IMG/VR virus record: IMGVR_UViG_3300017917_003822
Location: 124,001 to 188,000 of that record
Reading direction: 5' to 3' (one strand)
DNA: 64,000 nt
Shown piece after piece: positions 38,625 through 48,860 of this stretch (its first letter is position 1; each line of letters starts with the position of its first letter). Made by a program: the position numbers and the translations under genes. The notes under the pieces were generated by a model that was not told the DNA's origin, made no database searches, and saw only the letters and a program-made list of their open reading frames with translations.

Positions 38625-40199
38625 ATGAAGTTTGAAGACTTAACTCCAGAGAACATCTATGAGATTTCAGCAATATACTGGAATCGGGATTTGAGCTGGG
38701 ATGAGAGAATGGAAAGCCTAAGAAAATACTTAGGAAAATCCGAAAGAACAATACAAAGCTGGATATCCAAGCTTGGGATAACGGAAAAGGCTTTACAGGA
38801 ATCCCCACAACTAATAAAAGCCAGAGAGAAAAAATTCGACAAAAAGAAGAAAAGATTTATAATTACCTGGGCTCAGAATGATACACCAATTCATGAAGCC
38901 TTTGTGTCTAACATGGAGGCATATGCCAATTTTCTAGACGCTGATATACACGTAATCGCGGGAAGATATAAAAATCCAACCTCGGTTTTTGCTGATGCTG
39001 AGTATGACACTTGGTCCCCACGAATAGAAAAATATCTGGATGCCAATAGGCATGAGGTACATAAACACATGTGGATCATGTCTGATATAAAGATCCAGCC
39101 CACTGCTGTCGATCCTATGACTGGTCTTCAGGGTATGAGCGGAATCAATTCATGTGTATTCGGTTCACCCAAGGTTCACATGGAAACCATCCCGGTTTTG
39201 GATGGGAATATGCCTAAATTGATGATGACGACTGGATCATGCACGGTTAAAAATTATACTGATTCCAAGTCTGGTAAAAAGGGTGAATTTCACCACTCGC
39301 TTGGATTTGTTATTATAGAAATTAAGGATAAGTCAACATTCTTTGCAAGACAAGTTACCGCAACGGATGATGGAGATTTCCATGATTTGTATTATAAAAC
39401 ATCATACAATCCAGATTCGGGAGAAAGCGAAGTAACTAAGATTGATTCGGTTGCAGCTGCTGTTTTAGGCGATCTTCACTATGGTCAGCATGACGAGAGG
39501 GTGATCTCTAAAACCCTCGATATGTTTAAGATAATAAAACCGGATAATGTTGTTTTACATGACGTATTTGACGGTCTTTCAATAAATCATCATGAATCCA
39601 AAGATCCGTTTATTCAATTCCAGAGAGAGATGGACGGAACAAATTCACTCAGAAGAGAAATTAATGATATGCTTGATGGTCTGGGATCTTTTGTTGATTA
39701 TAACGTTACTATAGTTAGAAGTAATCATGACGATTTCTTGGATAGATGGTTAAAAGGAACGGATTGGAGAAAAGCGTCGACACTAAAAAATTCCATAGAA
39801 TATATGGAGTACAGTGCTCTTCTTTTAAAAGGTGAAGCCCCTAAAGGTGTCATACCATATTTAATCAATCAAAAATACCCGGCATTTAAAACTCTTGGAA
39901 GAAGTGACAGTTTTGTCGTAAATGGATGGGAACTTGGTCAGCATGGTGATATAGGATCCAATGGTAGCAGAGGTTCTCTTCTGCAATTTAGAAAACTAAA
40001 CACCAAAATAATCGTTGGTCATTATCACTGTCCAGGGAGAAAGGACGGAGCTTTAGCTGTTGGTACATCAACAAAATTAAGAGTCAATTATAATTTAGGA
40101 CCTAGCGGATGGTTACAATCACATGTTATCATTCATCATGACGGTAAGGCCCAACACATTAACTTTATTAAAGGAGAGTATACAACTCTAATCCCCTAA
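38625..40199 (+). CDS. N-terminal HTH plus calcineurin-like metallophosphoesterase (large-phage family)
   Basis: LGKSERTIQSWISKL; GDLHYG, HDVFDG, SNHDDFL, GQHGD, GHYH.P. Confidence 0.7.
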   Translation: MKFEDLTPENIYEISAIYWNRDLSWDERMESLRKYLGKSERTIQSWISKLGITEKALQESPQLIKAREKKFDKKKKRFIITWAQNDTPIHEAFVSNMEAYANFLDADIHVIAGRYKNPTSVFADAEYDTWSPRIEKYLDANRHEVHKHMWIMSDIKIQPTAVDPMTGLQGMSGINSCVFGSPKVHMETIPVLDGNMPKLMMTTGSCTVKNYTDSKSGKKGEFHHSLGFVIIEIKDKSTFFARQVTATDDGDFHDLYYKTSYNPDSGESEVTKIDSVAAAVLGDLHYGQHDERVISKTLDMFKIIKPDNVVLHDVFDGLSINHHESKDPFIQFQREMDGTNSLRREINDMLDGLGSFVDYNVTIVRSNHDDFLDRWLKGTDWRKASTLKNSIEYMEYSALLLKGEAPKGVIPYLINQKYPAFKTLGRSDSFVVNGWELGQHGDIGSNGSRGSLLQFRKLNTKIIVGHYHCPGRKDGALAVGTSTKLRVNYNLGPSGWLQSHVIIHHDGKAQHINFIKGEYTTLIP

Positions 40200-40204
40200 T
40201 CAAT

Positions 40205-40771
40205 ATGAAATATAATCTTATAGCCGGAGTGGACGAAGTTGGCAGAGGATGTCTCTCTGGGCCGGTTGTTGCAGCAGCTGTTATCTTGCCCGAGGGTTTC
40301 AGTGATCCCCGAATTAAGGACAGCAAATTGATAAAAAGTCCTAAAAAAAGGGAAGAGATAGCCAGGGTTATTAAGGAGAATGCTATTTCTTGGGGAATTG
40401 GTGCTAGTTCACCGCAGGAAATTGACCAGATGAATATTCTACAAGCGACATATTTAGCTATGAGAAGAGCCATCGATTCATGTTCAAAAACACCAGATTT
40501 CTTGTATGTGGATGGCGATAAATTCATAGGACATAACGGAATTCCCTATGAATGTGTAATTAAAGGTGACTCTAAAATATTGCAAATTTCTGCTGCTTCG
40601 ATACTTGCTAAAGTTCACCGCGATCAACTGATGCAAACTTTAGATTCCGAATATCCCAAATATTTGTGGTCAAGAAACGTTGGATATGGAACTGCGGACC
40701 ACATCAAGGCTATTAGAGAGATAGGAATAACTAAACACCACAGAAAAACATTTTGTCAAAATTTTATATAA
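40205..40771 (+). CDS. rnhB: Ribonuclease HII
   Basis: AGVDEVGRGCLSGPVVAAAV, DSK, VDG, KGD, AASILAKV.RD, GYGT..H. Confidence 0.96.
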   Translation: MKYNLIAGVDEVGRGCLSGPVVAAAVILPEGFSDPRIKDSKLIKSPKKREEIARVIKENAISWGIGASSPQEIDQMNILQATYLAMRRAIDSCSKTPDFLYVDGDKFIGHNGIPYECVIKGDSKILQISAASILAKVHRDQLMQTLDSEYPKYLWSRNVGYGTADHIKAIREIGITKHHRKTFCQNFI

Positions 40772-40772
40772 T

Positions 40773-41090
40773 ATGCAAGAAGAAAAAGATTTCCCGTTAG
40801 AAGGACAGATCCCAGACGAGGCTACAGAGATGAAGATTTTGGGCATAGAAGAATTTAAACAGGCTGAATGGGTTTTTCAGTTTGATGACGATGAACCTGT
40901 TATCATAGCTTGGAGCAACGATGAATCCGAAGCTGGCGAACTTTCTTTCGTATTGAAAGCAAATTCTGGAACCAATATTGTTTTCCAATCACCCGATGGT
41001 AAAAAAACACTCAGATTATTCCCTAGAGAGATGAGCGAAGAAACCAGAAAAAAAAGAGAACAAAGATATAGAGGAAATGACACAGTCTAA
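40773..41090 (+). CDS. Hypothetical protein
   Basis: ORF in operon. Confidence 0.6.
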   Translation: MQEEKDFPLEGQIPDEATEMKILGIEEFKQAEWVFQFDDDEPVIIAWSNDESEAGELSFVLKANSGTNIVFQSPDGKKTLRLFPREMSEETRKKREQRYRGNDTV

Positions 41091-41337
41091 AGATAAACCT
41101 AATAAACCGACAACCTTACAAAGCCTGATAAATTCAGTTAAGTATATGGATATGAACGGAATCGAGCTTACCCATAAGGGGTTGCTTACTATGTTGGAGA
41201 ATTCAATCGACGATGAAATGGAAATGATTGGGGAAGCATGGTATAATGGGTATATTTCAGGATCTAGAAAAGGTGATAACGTGTCTGAATCTGAAGTTTC
41301 TGGTTCTGATTATTATCACGAGAGATATATGGGTTAA
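41077..41337 (+). CDS. Hypothetical protein
   Basis: ORF in operon. Confidence 0.6.
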   Translation: MTQSKDKPNKPTTLQSLINSVKYMDMNGIELTHKGLLTMLENSIDDEMEMIGEAWYNGYISGSRKGDNVSESEVSGSDYYHERYMG

Positions 41338-41338
41338 T

Positions 41339-41803
41339 ATGAAGTACGTTTCAATAAATATCACTTCGCTCAATAATATTGATAGTGTATCTGACGTTAT
41401 TTCCATGGGAATTATGTTTGGTGATACCGATTCATCTAATAGTGAATATCTTGAGTTTAATATTATACATGAAGATTATTTTCTAAAACACTCCGAGATT
41501 GAGGGAAGTATAGAAAAATTAAGAGATCTTATTAGTAGCGAAAGAATATCTTGTTATTTTGAAAATCTTATTAGCTATCTGGAAATGCATCTATTTGATA
41601 GATCAATATTAACTGGAGATAATATACAGGTAGTTACCTCACGCTGCGAGAATAAAATGGATATTCTAAGATCAGTATTCGTGAATTATGATCTGGAGAT
41701 TTTCAACATTCCAAGTTGTGTCGGCCACATAGGTAGCACAACTAGAGAAATGTGCGAGAATCAGGGTAAGTATTTTGAAAAATTCTACAGAATATCCAGA
41801 TAA
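41339..41803 (+). CDS. Hypothetical protein, possibly a degenerate DnaQ-like exonuclease
   Basis: Start at 41339; MKYVSINITSL...VISMGI resembles ExoI without its acidic residues. Confidence 0.4.
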   Translation: MKYVSINITSLNNIDSVSDVISMGIMFGDTDSSNSEYLEFNIIHEDYFLKHSEIEGSIEKLRDLISSERISCYFENLISYLEMHLFDRSILTGDNIQVVTSRCENKMDILRSVFVNYDLEIFNIPSCVGHIGSTTREMCENQGKYFEKFYRISR

Positions 41804-41844
41804 ATTGAAATTTATTTTGGTATATAGGTAAAAAATACTACTAA

Positions 41845-42291
41845 ATGAAATCGGATTATTTTTTAAATGTTGAGCTAATTTCTAAAAGAAGGCTTACACA
41901 GAAGGATCTGGAGGAGTTTAGAAATTCCATAGAATTAAATGACGAGTTTTTAAGCTTCTGTATGCTTTTTTCAAAGCACTCCGAGATAAATTTCTCGGGA
42001 CATCTTGAGGTTTATATCGAGGATCAACCCTTCGAGACTGATTTATTACTGGATGTTGAAAGCATAATTGATGTTATTGAGGATTTTATACCTGGAGGCT
42101 GGGACGATGATTCTAAAGTTGAATGGATATCAGAACTCCCACCAAGCACAACTTATGTTTGGTTCAAGGAAGGTAATAGCTGGAAATCTCTTAGTAGAGA
42201 ACACGAAAGAGGTTTTTTAGGAGAGGATGAGGAATGGGACGATGATGATTACCCAAATTACGATGACAGAGATTTTAGTGAGGATTATTAA
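41845..42291 (+). CDS. Hypothetical acidic protein
   Basis: ORF. Confidence 0.6.
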   Translation: MKSDYFLNVELISKRRLTQKDLEEFRNSIELNDEFLSFCMLFSKHSEINFSGHLEVYIEDQPFETDLLLDVESIIDVIEDFIPGGWDDDSKVEWISELPPSTTYVWFKEGNSWKSLSREHERGFLGEDEEWDDDDYPNYDDRDFSEDY

Positions 42292-42310
42292 TTGTTGATA
42301 TATAAAAAAC

Positions 42311-43332
42311 TGTATTGAAAGGTGCCTTTCATACTTAGTGTCCCGGGTCAATTAAGGCCCTAGAGTTATTCAATTTTGAGTAGCAAAGGGATTTTAAAAA
42401 AAAGGTAAAAAATGAAAAACAACAGAAGACTGGTCTTAAATAGTAAAGACCAAAAACCAGAAGCTTGGGTTGCCGTATCCAACAACAGACAAAAAATCTA
42501 CGGCTCAGATAACGATCTAGTTTATCTTGAAGACGGACAGGAGTTCCAAATAGAACTCTTTAATCCCACACAAATTTCCTATCTAGCAAAAATCTACCTA
42601 AATGGTAAGCTCATCAGTAGTTCAGGATTAGTTATTAAACCTGGACAGAGATACTTTTTGGATAGACACATCGACGAAAAGAAAAAACTACTTTTCTCAA
42701 CGTACGATGTTGATGATGCTCCAGAAGTTAGGAAAGCAATCAAAAACAATGGAAAGATTAAGGTTGAGTTTTATCCCGAGGTGTTTATTAGCAACTCTTG
42801 GATCAATAGCGGTACCACTTACGTTCCGTATAACCAACAATGGGGTGGTAATAATCTAACCATTCCAAATAATCCAATAACATGGGCAACAACATTTGGT
42901 AGGACAAACACCTATTTTTCGGGTGACTTGAACACTAAGACCACAACTAATCTTAACTACACTTCGACAAATACCGGAGGGATTACGTTCAGCACCGCAA
43001 ATTCAATATCTGGAAATTCAGTAGCATTCAACTCGAATACAGGAGAGATTAAATGCTCAACTGCAGGATCATTTGAAACTGGTAGAATAGAGAAGGGTGA
43101 AAAATCGGACCAAACATTTGGAAGCGATTACGGTTCATACTCATCAATTTGGAGTTATTGTTCCGAATACACAATCATGCCAAGATCCGTTAAGCCAGTC
43201 GAGGTTTCTGAAATCAGATCATATTGTACCGGCTGTGGAACTAGAATGAAAAAGAAAACATGGAAATTCTGCCCTAACTGCGGGGAATCTCTAGAATAAT
43301 TTAATTTCGTATAAAGGCACCTTTTCAATACA
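42311..43332. repeat. Imperfect ~24 bp inverted repeat flanking the 42412-43299 gene (arms 42311-42334 and 43309-43332)
   Basis: TGTATTGAAA-GGTGCCTTTCATAC versus reverse complement TGTATTGAAAAGGTGCCTTT-ATAC. Confidence 0.9.
42412..43299 (+). CDS. Conserved hypothetical protein with beta-rich N-domain, T/N/S-rich linker and C-terminal zinc ribbon
   Basis: DGQEFQIELFNP; C-terminal CTGCG...KFCPNCG. Confidence 0.75.
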   Translation: MKNNRRLVLNSKDQKPEAWVAVSNNRQKIYGSDNDLVYLEDGQEFQIELFNPTQISYLAKIYLNGKLISSSGLVIKPGQRYFLDRHIDEKKKLLFSTYDVDDAPEVRKAIKNNGKIKVEFYPEVFISNSWINSGTTYVPYNQQWGGNNLTIPNNPITWATTFGRTNTYFSGDLNTKTTTNLNYTSTNTGGITFSTANSISGNSVAFNSNTGEIKCSTAGSFETGRIEKGEKSDQTFGSDYGSYSSIWSYCSEYTIMPRSVKPVEVSEIRSYCTGCGTRMKKKTWKFCPNCGESLE

Positions 43333-43389
43333 ATTTACGAAATTTTATCAACAAATAACACTATAAATTCTTATTAAAAGAAAAATTAA

Positions 43390-45342
43390 GTGAGAATAGC
43401 CTACATAGTACCACATCTTTCAACCGGTGGGATGCCTGAATATCTCAGAAATAAGATAGAAAAGTTAAGAGAAGTTTCCGATGTTTGGGTTTTTGAAAAA
43501 TTTAAAGAACCGGTCTATAATACCATTCGTTTAAGAATTGAGAAAATAATAGGTGAGGAGAGGATAATAACATGGGGAAAGGATCAAACTGGATCTTTCT
43601 TGAATAAGATTTTTGAAATAAATCCTGACATTATTCATTTTGAGGAACCATGCGAACAATTTGTCGATGATTTCCTTCTCGATGTAATATATTCAGGTGA
43701 TAGAAAATATAAAATATTTGAGACCCTTCATGACTCCTCGATTAAACCGGAGGAGAAAAGATACCTTCCTGATAAGTTTATCGTTGTTAGTCCATGGCAG
43801 GTTTATTTACTTAAAGACCTTGGTGTCCCGATTGAGATTATTGAACACGAGCTTAGTGAAAAAATTCTACCGTCGAGAGAAGAATGTATGAATCAACTTG
43901 GGTTGGATCCCAATAAAAAACATGTTGTTCAGATAGGTATTTTTACCCCAAGAAAAAATCAGAAGGAAACATCTGAAATTGCTAGATTTTTACCTGACGT
44001 TCAATTCCATTTTGTTGGTACATTGGCCGATAATTATGCTTGGTATTGGGAACCGATAGTTAGAGGTCTTCCGCCAAATTGTAAAATATGGGGTGAAAGA
44101 GATGATGTTGATCTTTTTTATAAGGCATGTGATCTCGTCATATTTCCATCAGTAGAATTGTTTAATGACAAGGAGACAAGTCCACTAGTAATTAGAGAAA
44201 CCATCAACATCGGAACCAAATTACTACTAAGAAACTTACCTGTTTATGTTGGAATGTATCAGGAATCTGATAATGTCACATTTATGAAAAACACAGCAAT
44301 TGAAAATGCTAATCTAATAAAAAGTACACTAAATATGGAACTCACCGGAACAAATAACAGAAACTTAGAAATCAGATTTAATCCCGAAAATAATGAGATT
44401 TCATTCTCCTTTTTGAGAAATGATTTGGTAGGTAACTTCTGGATCTCAGTTAAGGATGTTGATTCAAACGCATGTATCTATGCTTTCCAAATAAATTTGG
44501 AAGGTCCATGGCAGAATTTCTGGTGCATTCCGATACCTAAAGAATTTTATGATTTCGGCGGTGACAAGAATTTCACTGGATTCAAATTAGAAATTTATGT
44601 GGATAAAATGGATTCTTCTCCACTCATTTCTGAGAATTTCATAATCAAGAAAAGGATTAATAAAAAGATGATACCTAGCAACCCTTTTATAAATTTCGAT
44701 CCAGTTTTCGTTAACTACTCTCAATTTTTTATCGACGGTATCTATAATTTATTCTTTGCTGGACAGAGAATAAAAACAGCTATCGACATTGGTGCTAATG
44801 TTGGTCTTTTTACTGAATGGGTGCTTGATAGATTCGGCAGTGATACGGAGGTGATCTCGGTGGAACCTAACGAAACCGCAGCAAGGGCTTTCCAGGAGAT
44901 TCATAAAGATAAGAATAATGTGAGATTAGCAAAATATGCTCTTTCGGACAAATCGGGTGAATTCATAGAGATGCTGGTAAACCCGGACAACAGCTTGATT
45001 TCAAGTATAGAAGGGACAGGTGAAGGATACAGTGAAAGGCAAACCGCTGAAACCATCACCCTGATGGATCTGATGGAGAAATATAACATGACAGGGGCTG
45101 ATCTATTAAAAGTTGACATAGAGGGAGCTGAATATCAGATGTTTGATGCTGTGACTTCGGATGATCTAAGAAGATTTAAGAATCTCCTGATAGAATTCCA
45201 TAATAATGATGGTCGAGCGACACAGCTTATTAAGAAAATCAGGGAGGCTGGATTTTATATCGATCTGAGAGATGATGACACTAGATACACAACGGACGAG
45301 AATAATGATAGAGGTACAATATTCGCAACAAGAATAGATTAA
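43390..45342 (+). CDS. GT4-like glycosyltransferase fused to an FkbM-family methyltransferase
   Basis: PHLSTGGMP, RKNQ, E..PLVIRE; IDIGANVG, SVEPN, LLKVDIEGAE. Confidence 0.88.
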   Translation: MRIAYIVPHLSTGGMPEYLRNKIEKLREVSDVWVFEKFKEPVYNTIRLRIEKIIGEERIITWGKDQTGSFLNKIFEINPDIIHFEEPCEQFVDDFLLDVIYSGDRKYKIFETLHDSSIKPEEKRYLPDKFIVVSPWQVYLLKDLGVPIEIIEHELSEKILPSREECMNQLGLDPNKKHVVQIGIFTPRKNQKETSEIARFLPDVQFHFVGTLADNYAWYWEPIVRGLPPNCKIWGERDDVDLFYKACDLVIFPSVELFNDKETSPLVIRETINIGTKLLLRNLPVYVGMYQESDNVTFMKNTAIENANLIKSTLNMELTGTNNRNLEIRFNPENNEISFSFLRNDLVGNFWISVKDVDSNACIYAFQINLEGPWQNFWCIPIPKEFYDFGGDKNFTGFKLEIYVDKMDSSPLISENFIIKKRINKKMIPSNPFINFDPVFVNYSQFFIDGIYNLFFAGQRIKTAIDIGANVGLFTEWVLDRFGSDTEVISVEPNETAARAFQEIHKDKNNVRLAKYALSDKSGEFIEMLVNPDNSLISSIEGTGEGYSERQTAETITLMDLMEKYNMTGADLLKVDIEGAEYQMFDAVTSDDLRRFKNLLIEFHNNDGRATQLIKKIREAGFYIDLRDDDTRYTTDENNDRGTIFATRID

Positions 45343-45344
45343 TA

Positions 45345-47669
45345 ATGAGAATAGCTCAAGTAACACCAGGCAACATACCAATTCCAACTAAGGGGTGGGG
45401 TGCTGTTGAAAAAATAATATGGGAGTATACCAAGGTTTTGAGAAATCTAGGTCACGAGGTTGAAGTACTTTATGCTGATGATGTTATACCCGGTGAGTGG
45501 GATGTTGTTCATGTTCACATGGCAAATTTAGCCTTGATCTTAAAGGAGAGAGGTATACCATATGTTTTCTCGCATCACGATCATCACGCATATCATTTCG
45601 GTAAGAACTCGGATGTTTATAAACAGAATTTAGAGGCAATAAAAGGGTCACAACTTTCTTTTGTTCATGCTAAATATCTGGTTGAATATTTTGGTTCACC
45701 TAAGAATCTCAGATATTTGAATCACGGAGCAAATACTAAGGATTATGGATTTTTTGACAGATCCAGAAATGTAGAAGAAGGTAATATTAGACTTCTGATG
45801 ATGGCAAACAATGGGCTTGGTGGAAATCATATGTATGACAGGAAGGGATTTATTCCTGGGGTAGAAGCTGCAAGATTACTTGGATTACCTATCACCATAA
45901 TTTGTCCTAAATCCGGTAATTACGATCTTATCTCTAGCATTAGTCCATATGATAAGATGAATGTTCTATATGATTTAGAATATGAGGATACGCTAACTGA
46001 GATGTCAAATCACGAGATATTCCTTAATCCCTCTATGTTAGAAGCAGGACATCCAAATCTAACAGTAACCGAGTCTATCGCCAGAGGGGTACCTGTAGTC
46101 GGAACAGCGGAGGAGGAGATACCGGGGATCAGAAGAATACCACTTCCAACAGATTTAACCGTTGATGTCAATGATCTTGTTGATGGAATCTCTGAAGTCA
46201 TATCCAAATACCCGTCATATGTTCTCGAATGCAGGGATCAGAGAGAAATTTATTCCTGGGAGGTTGTGGTGTCCAGGATGTTAATGGACTACACAAATCA
46301 TTTGAATATAAGTCAGAAAAGTCTTCTTCTTGACAGCTATAAATCAACAACCAAGAGAGAAGTTTCAAAAACACCTCATAGCGGGATCTATTCCTGGTTT
46401 AAATCTAGACCTTTCTTGTATAAGTCAACGAAGACTAATTATGGAACTTCCGTTTCTTTTATTGACAAAATCACTGGTGAAATCATACATAAATGCAATT
46501 TCCCGACAGAACCTAGATCCTGGATACGTGCCATCTTTCCATCGGATAGGTATATTGATTGGAAAATAGTTGTTAGAGAAGGGGCAAAAATAATACATGA
46601 GAATGAGATGGATCTCCGAAATCATCACGTTCTGGTTAGAGGAGCCAACTCGGAGGACTATCAAAAACTAATTGAGTTTACCAATCTAACTCATTGTATA
46701 CTAACCGTTGATTCTGATAGTGATCTTCCATTTTTTAAATTAAAAGAAAACACAAACGATCATTATTATCTTGAGTTAAATATGAGCCAGATTTTGGACT
46801 TCTTCATAGAGAAGCCTAAGGTACAAAAAAGAACTCTGATAAACTTATCTCCTGAGTCTCTAGGTGACAATATTGCGTTCGTCCCATATGCAAACGAATA
46901 TGGTAAAAAAATTGGGGAGATAGTGGATGTTCACTGTAAGTATGCATTCCTATTTGATGGAGTTTATGAATACATTAACTTTATTGACAACCCGGATTCT
47001 CAAAAATACACAGACTATATTAACATCGATTATCTTTTCGATGTTCCGCTTCAGAGAGGATTCTCCGACCAATTGCTTCTAAATTATGAGGAGATTCGTC
47101 CAAGGGTAAAAGAACCTTCAGGTCAACCACAAAAAATTACCGGGAAATATATCTGTTTTTCCATGCACAGTACTGCTCAGGCTAAGCATTGGAATAATAA
47201 CAATTCTTGGTCTAAATTGTGTGATGAGCTTAAAAAGGTTGGTCTTAAGGCAGTTTGTATCGACAGACATTACTCGTTTGGCATAGAGGGTCATTGGAAC
47301 GAGATACCATCCAACTGCATAAATATGACTGGAGGAGACCTGAATAGTATGTCATTACTCATTCAAAATTGTGAGTTTTTCATAGGATTATCAAGCGGAT
47401 TGTCTTGGTTGGCACATGGTCTAGGTAAGAAAGTCGTTATGATCTCCGGGGTAACATCCAAAGATAATGAGTTTACCAAAGATTGCATCAGATTGCACAG
47501 AGAAGATGTTTGTAATTCGTGTTTCAATAAACCAGATCAATATAAGTTCGACAAGGGAGATTGGCTTTGGTGTCCTGTTCACAAAGGAACGCCAAGAGCT
47601 TTTGAATGCACAAAGAAGATCTCAGCCAAACAGGTTATGGATTCACTGAAAGCAAATAAGTGGATATAG
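45345..47669 (+). CDS. GT4-like domain fused to an Aah/TibC-type (autotransporter) O-heptosyltransferase-like domain
   Basis: N-terminal IP.KGWGAVEK, EAGHP; C-terminal SLGDNIAF, HSTAQAKHWN, FIGLSSGLSWLAH, C.SC...WLWCP.H...ECTK. Confidence 0.8.
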   Translation: MRIAQVTPGNIPIPTKGWGAVEKIIWEYTKVLRNLGHEVEVLYADDVIPGEWDVVHVHMANLALILKERGIPYVFSHHDHHAYHFGKNSDVYKQNLEAIKGSQLSFVHAKYLVEYFGSPKNLRYLNHGANTKDYGFFDRSRNVEEGNIRLLMMANNGLGGNHMYDRKGFIPGVEAARLLGLPITIICPKSGNYDLISSISPYDKMNVLYDLEYEDTLTEMSNHEIFLNPSMLEAGHPNLTVTESIARGVPVVGTAEEEIPGIRRIPLPTDLTVDVNDLVDGISEVISKYPSYVLECRDQREIYSWEVVVSRMLMDYTNHLNISQKSLLLDSYKSTTKREVSKTPHSGIYSWFKSRPFLYKSTKTNYGTSVSFIDKITGEIIHKCNFPTEPRSWIRAIFPSDRYIDWKIVVREGAKIIHENEMDLRNHHVLVRGANSEDYQKLIEFTNLTHCILTVDSDSDLPFFKLKENTNDHYYLELNMSQILDFFIEKPKVQKRTLINLSPESLGDNIAFVPYANEYGKKIGEIVDVHCKYAFLFDGVYEYINFIDNPDSQKYTDYINIDYLFDVPLQRGFSDQLLLNYEEIRPRVKEPSGQPQKITGKYICFSMHSTAQAKHWNNNNSWSKLCDELKKVGLKAVCIDRHYSFGIEGHWNEIPSNCINMTGGDLNSMSLLIQNCEFFIGLSSGLSWLAHGLGKKVVMISGVTSKDNEFTKDCIRLHREDVCNSCFNKPDQYKFDKGDWLWCPVHKGTPRAFECTKKISAKQVMDSLKANKWI

Positions 47670-47702
47670 AACTAAATATATAGAGGAAAATATAACTATT
47701 AA

Positions 47703-48296
47703 ATGAAAAGAATTTTATTTATTTTTCTACTTCTTCCTCTGATATCCTTCTCCCAGATTTTAAGGGATTCGGTTAGAGTAAAAAACGAGATCTATGAGGT
47801 GATTTACAGTGAAAAATTGGAACAACCCAGATGGATCAGATACGCCGTTCAATGTCCAAACGGAACAGCTTCTAGATCTGGAATGGACTTCTATACCAAT
47901 GACACGATAAAAACTTCTAGTCACGAAGATTATGTAAAAAATGTTTATGATAAGGGGCATTTAGCACCAGCCGCTGATTTTAATTGTACCAGAGAGCTAC
48001 TATACAAGACTTTTAGCTATTTAAACTGCGCTTTACAGAATCAGTATCTCAACAGAGGAGTTTGGAGAATGTTGGAGGAGTATGAAAGAGAATTAGCTAA
48101 GAAGGAACCAGTTATAGTGGAGATAGAGGTAGTTTTCGACTCAAATTCATTAAAACTGCCTACCGGGGCAACAGTTCCTAATGGATTCTATAAAACAATT
48201 ATTCTGGAGAGGTCCAAAAAAACCATTAAATATTATTTTCCAAACGAAGCTCCAAAGAAGGCCAGGTTCTTTGACTATGAAATATCGAAGAAATAA
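47703..48296 (+). CDS. Secreted DNA/RNA non-specific endonuclease (NucA/EndA type)
   Basis: Signal peptide ...ISFS-Q; YDKGHLAPAAD, LNRGVWRMLE, VPNGFYK. Confidence 0.9.
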   Translation: MKRILFIFLLLPLISFSQILRDSVRVKNEIYEVIYSEKLEQPRWIRYAVQCPNGTASRSGMDFYTNDTIKTSSHEDYVKNVYDKGHLAPAADFNCTRELLYKTFSYLNCALQNQYLNRGVWRMLEEYERELAKKEPVIVEIEVVFDSNSLKLPTGATVPNGFYKTIILERSKKTIKYYFPNEAPKKARFFDYEISKK

Positions 48297-48343
48297 GAAA
48301 CTTAACCAAAAAAAGATATATAATAAAAATAAAAAATATAAAC

Positions 48344-48805
48344 ATGGAAAACAAAATAGCTTCATTTGAAGAGTTTAAAAAAAGAGCCGCAAACGTTACT
48401 GAAGAAAATGCAGAGATGGCTCAGGATAATCATCAACACGAGGGGAACGACCACGAAGGTCATCAACACTATATGTTCTTTCAAAATCTAGCATCAATTA
48501 AGCATCACATTGAGGAGATTCTAAAAATGAATCCAGATCAGATAGATGCTTTATTAAAAGATGGACACGATTGGGCATCTGATCATATTGCAACTTCCAA
48601 AGATGATATTCAAGAAGTTGCTGAGTGGCTTAGAAATGAAACTGAAGGAGCACACGATAATCACGATGAAGAGGAGGAGGTTGAAACTTCGGTAGTTATC
48701 GAAACACCAGAGGGTGGAGAGGAAGAAGAGAGCGACGAAGAGGAGGAAGACGATGATGAAGAGGAAGAGACTGAGGAAGAGGAATCAGAGGAGGAAGAAG
48801 GGTAA
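48344..48805 (+). CDS. Acidic protein with CTS-like N-terminus and poly-Glu tail
   Basis: MENKIASFEEF; YMFFQNL...HDWA.DHI; GATATATA at 48315. Confidence 0.7.
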   Translation: MENKIASFEEFKKRAANVTEENAEMAQDNHQHEGNDHEGHQHYMFFQNLASIKHHIEEILKMNPDQIDALLKDGHDWASDHIATSKDDIQEVAEWLRNETEGAHDNHDEEEEVETSVVIETPEGGEEEESDEEEEDDDEEEETEEEESEEEEG

Positions 48806-48832
48806 TTAAAAACCACAAATATCAATATATCA

Positions 48833-48860
48833 CAGGGGGCAGATTAATCTGCCCTTTTTT
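48833..48860 (+). terminator. Intrinsic terminator
   Basis: GGGCAGA-TTAA-TCTGCCC followed by a T-tract. Confidence 0.8.
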
